Assembly: GCA_038208905.1 (NCBI GenBank) | Contig: JBBQYG010000031.1 | Coordinates: forward strand, 1-31,286 | Reading direction: 5' to 3' | Origin: Candidatus Sumerlaeia bacterium | Lineage (GTDB): Bacteria > Sumerlaeota > Sumerlaeia > SLMS01 | DNA: 31,286 bases | Shown here: positions 25,716-31,286 of the stretch, piece after piece | Layout: each line of letters opens with the position of its first letter | How positions within the stretch are numbered: position 1 is the stretch's first letter | Program-made: the position numbers and the translations under genes | Notes under the pieces: generated by a model | What the model saw: only the letters and a program-made list of their open reading frames with translations | Databases searched by the model: none | What the model was told of the DNA's origin: nothing

Positions 25716-26858
25716 TTGAAGTTCGAAACCAAGGCCATCCGCCTCTCCTACAGCCCCGACAGCCAGACCAACGCCGTGATTCCGGCGATCCATTTGGGGA
25801 CCACGTTCCGCTTTGGCGGCATCAACGAGAACACGGGCTTCGATTACTCCCGGTCGAACAACCCCACGCGTAGCGCCCTGGAGCGCACCCTCGCCGGACT
25901 CGAAGGCGCCGACTTCGGCCTCGCCTTCGCCTCCGGCATGGCCGCCACCGACGCCGTCCTGTCGATCCTGCTCCCCGGCGAAGAGGTCGTGGCCGCGCGC
26001 AACCTCTATGGCGGCACGCCGCGCCTCTTCGAGTCCTACTACCGCCCGCGCGGCATCAAGTTCAACTACATCGACGGCCCCGACCCCGAGGCCTATCGCA
26101 AGGCCATCACCCCCCAGACGCGCATGGTGTGGATCGAGACCCCCACCAACCCCCAGCTCCAGCTCCTCGACATCGCCGCGCTCGCTCAGGTCAGCAAGGC
26201 CGCCGGCGTGCCGCTGATCGTCGACAACACCTTCGCCTCGCCCTACGTCCAGCAGCCGCTCGCCCTCGGCGCCGATGTCGTTCTGCACAGCACCACCAAG
26301 TACCTCGCCGGCCACCACGACGTCATCGGCGGAGGCATCGTCACCAGCGACGCGGCACTGCACGAGAAGTTCAAGTTTTTCCAGAACACCGCCGGAGCCA
26401 TCCCCAGCCCCTTCGACTGCTACCTTACCATGCGCGGCATCAAGACCCTGGCCCTCCGCATGAGGCAGCACTGCGCCAACTCCCTCGCCATCGCCAAGTT
26501 TCTCCAGACTCACCCGCTCGTGGAGAACGTCCTCTATCCCGGACTGCCGGAACACCCCCAGCACGCCCTCGCCAAGCGCCAGATGAACGGCTTCGGCGGC
26601 ATGCTCTCCTTCGACATCAAGGCCGACCTCCCCGGCATCGACCGCTTCCAGAAGGCCCTCCGCGTCTTCCACTTCGCCGAGAGCCTCGGCGGCGCCGAGT
26701 CCCTGCTCTGCCACCCCACCACCATGAGCCACGCCGTCCTCACCGAGCAAGAACGCCTCGCCGCCAGCATCACCCCCCGCATGATCCGCGTCTCGGTCGG
26801 GATCGAGCACGAGGATGATTTGATCGAGGATCTGAGGGGGGCGTTGGCGGCGGTGTGA
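25716..26858 (+). CDS. Cystathionine gamma-synthase / gamma-lyase (Cys/Met metabolism PLP enzyme)
   Basis: YSRSNNPTR, FASGMAA, WIETPTNP, VDNTFASP, PLP lysine HSTTKYLAGHHD, RGIKTL, FAESLGG.ESL, IRVSVGIE. TTG start. MetB versus MccB/CGL cannot be resolved by eye. Confidence 0.9.
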   Translation: MKFETKAIRLSYSPDSQTNAVIPAIHLGTTFRFGGINENTGFDYSRSNNPTRSALERTLAGLEGADFGLAFASGMAATDAVLSILLPGEEVVAARNLYGGTPRLFESYYRPRGIKFNYIDGPDPEAYRKAITPQTRMVWIETPTNPQLQLLDIAALAQVSKAAGVPLIVDNTFASPYVQQPLALGADVVLHSTTKYLAGHHDVIGGGIVTSDAALHEKFKFFQNTAGAIPSPFDCYLTMRGIKTLALRMRQHCANSLAIAKFLQTHPLVENVLYPGLPEHPQHALAKRQMNGFGGMLSFDIKADLPGIDRFQKALRVFHFAESLGGAESLLCHPTTMSHAVLTEQERLAASITPRMIRVSVGIEHEDDLIEDLRGALAAV

Positions 26859-26923
26859 AGGCTTGCAGGAGGAAGGACAAGTTGATCGGTCGCTACAAGG
26901 GCTGGATCAGTGAGTGATAGAGC

Positions 26924-28882
26924 GTGGCCCGCGCTCGCTACAGAGAGGTTCTTCCCTTGGATGATCTGACTCGCATTCTGCGCCAATTAGAATCCTGTGT
27001 CCGCGAAAAGACCTACAAGTCTTTGGAAACGGATTGGTTCGAGGCGAAGCCGGTTCCTGCGACCGGAAACGCGTGGGATTCCATTCGGCAATCAATCTGC
27101 GCCTTCTTGAATACGCGTGGAGGGGTCATCCTCCTCGGGGTCAGGGACGAGCAAAAGCCCAAACGCCACTACGCGTTCTCTGGCTACACCGAGAATCATA
27201 GCCGACAGCTCGAGGGGCTGCGGGAGCACTTCAAGGATTATCGGCGCAACCCGCTGGACGTGAGCGAATTCATGCGGTTTGACGTGCGTCCGTTTTTGGA
27301 TGGCCAAGTGGCGCTTGTGCGGGTGAGCGCCTTGCCTGAGGATCGGAAGTTTTGCTTCATTCGGGAAGTGGCCTACGAACGGATAGCGGATGGCGACAAA
27401 GAGATCAAGGCGCCCCGTCCGGAGGAGCAGGAGGAGCGGAAGAGGGAGATGGAGACCTTCCGGGAACTTCGTCCGATAGAGGGAGCGACTCTGGATGACT
27501 TGAACCTTCAACGGGTCAACGACCTGATCTACCTCATTAATCAGGGACAATCACAGCCAATCGAGGCCCTCAAGAGCACCATGCCGGATGCCCTGCCCTT
27601 CATTGAGCGGCGACGCTTCATTCTGAGGGATCATCGTGTTACGACTCTCGGCATGCTGGTGGTGGGAAAGCAGCCGGAAGACCACCTCCTGTTTCGCAGC
27701 CATCTGGATGCATTTGTGGCGGTGCCGAACCTAGTGGCTCAGGACAAGAAGACCTTCCGCGACAATATCCTCCAGTTGATGGAGGCTGGCCACAATTGGA
27801 CACTTCGTAACATCCAAACCGGCGTATCCCACGAGGCTGGTGGCACGACGGTGCCGGAATACCCGGAGAAGCTCATTCGCGAGTGTATCAACAACGCACT
27901 CGCGCATCGGGACTACTCCATCAACCGCCCTGTCCAATTGACCCTAAAGCCCCGGGAATCCCTCGAGATTCGCAACCCTGGTCGCCTGCCGCATGAGCTG
28001 GTATTCGAGAAGCCCAATGAGCTGCCACCGGTGCGGCGCATCTTTCCGAATCCCCGCGCCCGCAACCCCCGCCTTGCGGATATCCTCAAGCTCCACAACA
28101 AGTGGGAAGGCAAAGGCATCGGAATGTCCGATCTGGTGAACTACGCCCTCGCGAACCAGATCGATTTGCCCTATTACCTGTTCCACTCATCGGATGAATT
28201 GTCCCTTTGCATTCCCTCCGGAAAACTTCTGGATGATTCCATGGATGCATGGCTCGAGCTTCTCAAGGACCGCCTCATCGCCAGCAAGACTCAGGGGCGC
28301 CCACTTTCCGATCAACAACGGATGGTGCTGGCTTACCTGCTCAAGAGCGAGCGGTTGAACAAGATCGGTCGCTATACATTGGCTTTGACGCCGAGCAACA
28401 ACCACTTCGCCGCAATTGCCGATCTTCAGAGCTGGGGATTGATCGAGATGCACCCAGTGGGAGACCGCTTCCGGGAGGTCTATGTCGTATGCCGCGAGCT
28501 CGCCGAGGAAGATAGCATCGCTGAGATTAATGCCATCGGCGGGCCATACGTTCATGGACTGGATGAATTTGACCGCATGGTTCTCAATATGATCGGCATC
28601 GCAGAGAAACATTCCGTACAAGGCGGCTTGAATGCGAAGCAGGTCTACCGACTGATCAGACACAGGCTCCCAGAGGAACTGCGAAAGCGCGGGGATGTCG
28701 AGTTCTACCGGAAAGTACGGTCCCGCATCCAGAGAATGGCCCCCGACAAGTCGAAGCGCTCCGCTGGGAACCTTTCTGACACAGAATGGGTCAGCTCCCC
28801 CGATAGTATCCTCAGCACGCGCGGACCCGCCAGGCGACCGACTTTCCGTCTTAACCACGATTTTGAAAAGCCGATGATTTGA
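26924..28882 (+). CDS. Schlafen/AlbA_2-domain protein with HATPase_c_4 (RecG C-terminal-like) domain and a long C-terminal region
   Basis: ETDWFEAK (E-x4-E-x-K) and ICAFLNTRGGVILLGVRD give AlbA_2/Schlafen. EYPEKLIRECINNALAHRDYS, EIRNPG, RARNPRLA, EGKGIGM give HATPase_c_4. Visibly more A/T-ending codons than its neighbours. GTG start is uncertain. Confidence 0.85.
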   Translation: MARARYREVLPLDDLTRILRQLESCVREKTYKSLETDWFEAKPVPATGNAWDSIRQSICAFLNTRGGVILLGVRDEQKPKRHYAFSGYTENHSRQLEGLREHFKDYRRNPLDVSEFMRFDVRPFLDGQVALVRVSALPEDRKFCFIREVAYERIADGDKEIKAPRPEEQEERKREMETFRELRPIEGATLDDLNLQRVNDLIYLINQGQSQPIEALKSTMPDALPFIERRRFILRDHRVTTLGMLVVGKQPEDHLLFRSHLDAFVAVPNLVAQDKKTFRDNILQLMEAGHNWTLRNIQTGVSHEAGGTTVPEYPEKLIRECINNALAHRDYSINRPVQLTLKPRESLEIRNPGRLPHELVFEKPNELPPVRRIFPNPRARNPRLADILKLHNKWEGKGIGMSDLVNYALANQIDLPYYLFHSSDELSLCIPSGKLLDDSMDAWLELLKDRLIASKTQGRPLSDQQRMVLAYLLKSERLNKIGRYTLALTPSNNHFAAIADLQSWGLIEMHPVGDRFREVYVVCRELAEEDSIAEINAIGGPYVHGLDEFDRMVLNMIGIAEKHSVQGGLNAKQVYRLIRHRLPEELRKRGDVEFYRKVRSRIQRMAPDKSKRSAGNLSDTEWVSSPDSILSTRGPARRPTFRLNHDFEKPMI

Positions 28883-29009
28883 GTCTGCCACGACTTCCGA
28901 AGCCAGGGCCCACGGCAGGATCAGCAGGCTGCTCCCGGTTGACGGTGCAGTATGTAGCGATGGGCCAAGAAAAGATGGGCCGAAATCCGAAATTCACCCC
29001 CCTTCCGGC

Positions 29010-29038
29010 TTGACAGGCGGCCCCCGCCTCCCAAGATT
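29010..29038 (+). promoter_or_regulatory. sigma70 promoter of the rplM-rpsI operon
   Basis: Perfect TTGACA at 29010-29015, with CAAGAT/AAGATT at 16-17 nt spacing. Confidence 0.6.
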
Positions 29039-29047
29039 CCGTCCTCT

Positions 29048-29166
29048 GCCGGAGTGAATGCCCCGGCGGGCCCTGCTGCGCGACTCCCCGTGCGCGCGGC
29101 GTGGTTCAAAAGCCCGGAAGGACTGGGGCCGCATGGTTTTGAGGGGTTGGTAGACCCCGCAGGGCC
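29048..29166 (+). promoter_or_regulatory. Structured 5' leader of rplM (candidate ribosomal-protein autoregulatory RNA)
   Basis: Nested stems: gccgg 29048-52/ccggc 29063-67; ggccctgc 29069-76/gcagggcc 29159-66; tcaaaa 29106-11/ttttga 29137-42; ggggt 29143-47/acccc 29154-58. Confidence 0.5.
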
Positions 29167-29187
29167 GAATCCAAGAGAGCTGACCTG

Positions 29188-29658
29188 ATGAAAGCGCAAT
29201 CCAGCACCCTTCCCAAGGTCGAGGAGACCAAGGAAAAGTGGTACATCGTGGACGCCAAGGGCCTTGTCATCGGCCGCGTGGCGGCCCGCATTGCCAAGAT
29301 CCTTCGCGGCAAGACGCTCACCACCTATACCCCCCACCTCGATCCCAAGATCCACGTCATCATCACCAACGCCGACCAGATCCTGTTCACTGGCAGCAAG
29401 CTGACCGACAAGATCTACTACCATCACTCCGGCTGGCGGACGGGTATCAAGGCCGTCTCCGCCGAGCACCTGCTCGAGCGCAAGCCCGACGCCGCGCTCC
29501 GCATCGCGATCCACGGCATGTTGCCCAAGAATCGCTTGGGGCGGATGATGCAGCGCCACCTCCGCATCTACAAGGCCGGCGAGTACGACGGCCAACATTC
29601 CGCCCAGCAGCCTGAGCCGCTCGTGATCACCACGCGCGTGCCCAAGGCCAAGTTCTGA
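29188..29658 (+). CDS. rplM: 50S ribosomal protein L13
   Basis: [55 protein letters not shown]. Confidence 0.98.
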   Translation: MKAQSSTLPKVEETKEKWYIVDAKGLVIGRVAARIAKILRGKTLTTYTPHLDPKIHVIITNADQILFTGSKLTDKIYYHHSGWRTGIKAVSAEHLLERKPDAALRIAIHGMLPKNRLGRMMQRHLRIYKAGEYDGQHSAQQPEPLVITTRVPKAKF

Positions 29659-29687
29659 TTTCCCATTCTTCCGGAGACAACGAGTTC

Positions 29688-30089
29688 ATGGCAGAACGCA
29701 TCGACCAGTATCTGGGCACCGGACGCCGCAAGTGCTCCGTCGCCCGTGTCTATCTCCGCCCGGGCAAGGGCAAGTTCATCGTCAACAACCTCGAGCTGAA
29801 GAAGTACTTCGGCGAGCGGATCAACATCGAGAACTACATGCGCTCCCCGATGAAGGAGACGCAGACCCTCACCAAGTACGACGTGATTGTGAACGTCTTT
29901 GGCGGCGGGATCATCGGCCAGGCAGGCGCCATCCGTCACGGCATCGCGCGCGCCTTGGTAAAGGCCAACGCCGAAAACCGCCCCTCCCTCAAGAAGGCCG
30001 GCTTCCTCACCCGCGACCCCCGCGTCAAGGAGCGCCGCAAGTTCGGCCTCCGCAAGGCGCGTAAGCGCGGCCAGTTCAGCAAGCGCTAA
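29688..30089 (+). CDS. rpsI: 30S ribosomal protein S9
   Basis: [61 protein letters not shown]. Confidence 0.98.
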   Translation: MAERIDQYLGTGRRKCSVARVYLRPGKGKFIVNNLELKKYFGERINIENYMRSPMKETQTLTKYDVIVNVFGGGIIGQAGAIRHGIARALVKANAENRPSLKKAGFLTRDPRVKERRKFGLRKARKRGQFSKR

Positions 30090-30118
30090 TCCGCGCCTGC
30101 AACCAGCCACCGAATCAG

Positions 30119-30158
30119 AAACCGCCGGGGCGACCAATCATCGCTCCGGCGGTTTGTC
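30119..30158 (+). terminator. Intrinsic (possibly bidirectional) terminator after rpsI
   Basis: aaaccgccggggcga (30119-30133) pairs with tcgctccggcggttt (30141-30155): a 15-bp stem with one G-U, flanked by A and T runs. Confidence 0.8.
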
Positions 30159-30246
30159 TATAGAGCGGTGGCCCGGTAGACGACGTTGACGATATCGACC
30201 TGAATGATGTCGGTTGAGTCAATCAGGCCAAGCGGGTCCAACGCGC

Positions 30247-31286
30247 CTACCCACCCAGCTCCCGCTTAAGGTCCTCCATCGCCTGCCTCACCGCGCGCTG
30301 AACCTGGCGGGTCTCCTCCTCGGTGGCCTCGCGGGTGGACTTGATCCCGAGGTGTAGCTTGTTCTCCGCGTCGATTTGCACCTCCACATCGCCCACCAGT
30401 TCCGGCGGCATCCGGTCCATGATCATGCGGCGGAGCAGTTCTGTCATCGGCTCCGACGCATCGTGGCATCCGCAATTGTCGCCGTGGCGAATCGCGTGCA
30501 GGTGCAGGCGCGCCGCCCCCGCGTCGGGGTGCTCCGCATCCAGCAGCGCCAACGCCGAATCCAGCGCGGCCTCGGCCTCCTCGTGGCGATGCGTCACCTG
30601 GAGGAAGATGCCCAGCGCCGCGAGGCAGCGCCCGGCCTGCTCGATGTCGTCCGCCGCGAGGGCGCGCTCGTGGGCGAGGCGCAGCAACCGCTCGCCCTCC
30701 ACGCCGCGCTCGTTCTCCACATAGTGGACGCCCGCGTTGCGCAGCGCGCGCGACTCCAGGGCGGGAGAAAGCGACTGCGCGCGCGTAATCGCCTCGCGAT
30801 AGGTCGCCTCCGCCAGCTCTCCGTCGCCCGCGTCGCTCTGCGCCAACGCGAGGCCCATCAGTCCCTCCACCGCGCGCTCCGGCTCGCCGCGCTTCTCGAA
30901 CGCATCGATCACGCGGCGGATCATCGCCACGCGCGCGCCGTGGTCACCCAGCTCGCGCTCCAGATTCGCGATCTCGACAAAGGCCTGCAACGTCGCCGGA
31001 TGCTCGCCGCCCAGCTTCGACTCCAGCGCGCTCGCAAGCTCCGTCAACAGGCGACGGCTGCCGTCGGCGGGGGACGCTGCAAGGCGCGTGAAGGCCTCCT
31101 CGGCCACCGACTCGACGATCTCGTCGGGCATGCGCTCAAACTCGGCAAAGGCGACCTCGTCCTCCAGCGCCAGATTCTTGATCGCCGCCCCGCGCACCGC
31201 CATCGCCGCCGCCACGCCGCGGTCCCCGGCGCCCCAGAAGATGTCCACCGCCGCGCGGGACAACTCCAACGCATCGCCAAACCACT
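30247..31286 (-). CDS. Tetratricopeptide-repeat protein (5' end beyond the window edge)
   Basis: Ala/Glu/Leu-rich TPR-like helices (LGGEHPATLQAF, GLALAQSDAGDGELAEATYREA, LDAEHPDA). The frame stays open to position 31286 (...WFGDALELSR), so the true start lies outside the window. Confidence 0.75.
   Translation of the reverse strand, partial: WFGDALELSRAAVDIFWGAGDRGVAAAMAVRGAAIKNLALEDEVAFAEFERMPDEIVESVAEEAFTRLAASPADGSRRLLTELASALESKLGGEHPATLQAFVEIANLERELGDHGARVAMIRRVIDAFEKRGEPERAVEGLMGLALAQSDAGDGELAEATYREAITRAQSLSPALESRALRNAGVHYVENERGVEGERLLRLAHERALAADDIEQAGRCLAALGIFLQVTHRHEEAEAALDSALALLDAEHPDAGAARLHLHAIRHGDNCGCHDASEPMTELLRRMIMDRMPPELVGDVEVQIDAENKLHLGIKSTREATEEETRQVQRAVRQAMEDLKRELGG

Noticed and set aside
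30160..30246. Imperfect inverted repeats (ttgac...gtcaa, atcgac...gtcggt) after the rpsI terminator as a REP/MITE
   Set aside because: Single copy in the window, weak pairing, no terminal repeats or target duplication.

Overview
High-GC bacterial chromosomal window, mostly core and housekeeping genes. From left to right: a 29-aa bS22/mS38-like ribosomal small ORF missed by the ORF track; a STAS + REC-PP2C partner-switching module followed by a GT4 glycosyltransferase; methionine genes (metY, metX, mtnA, and later a metB/Cys-Met lyase); two GT-C-like membrane proteins; a secreted vanadium-haloperoxidase-family protein with an unrecognised C-terminal domain; an FAH-family protein that appears to have lost catalytic residues, directly upstream of a multi-PAS hybrid histidine kinase; a Dpp/Opp ABC importer without ATPases; a TPR protein + SAM methyltransferase pair; an orphan ribbon-helix-helix protein with a Lys/Ala histone-like tail; pth; cca; a compositionally foreign Schlafen/AlbA_2-HATPase gene; rplM-rpsI with a structured leader; and a TPR gene cut by the right edge. 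The best leads are the standalone Schlafen-domain insert (candidate tRNA-targeting defence gene), the FAH pseudoenzyme/kinase pair, the RHH-histone-tail protein, the haloperoxidase fusion, bS22 and the hairpin-dense spacer behind it. I found no CRISPR array, tRNA, rRNA or transposase. All assignments come from motif recognition by eye; no database search was run.
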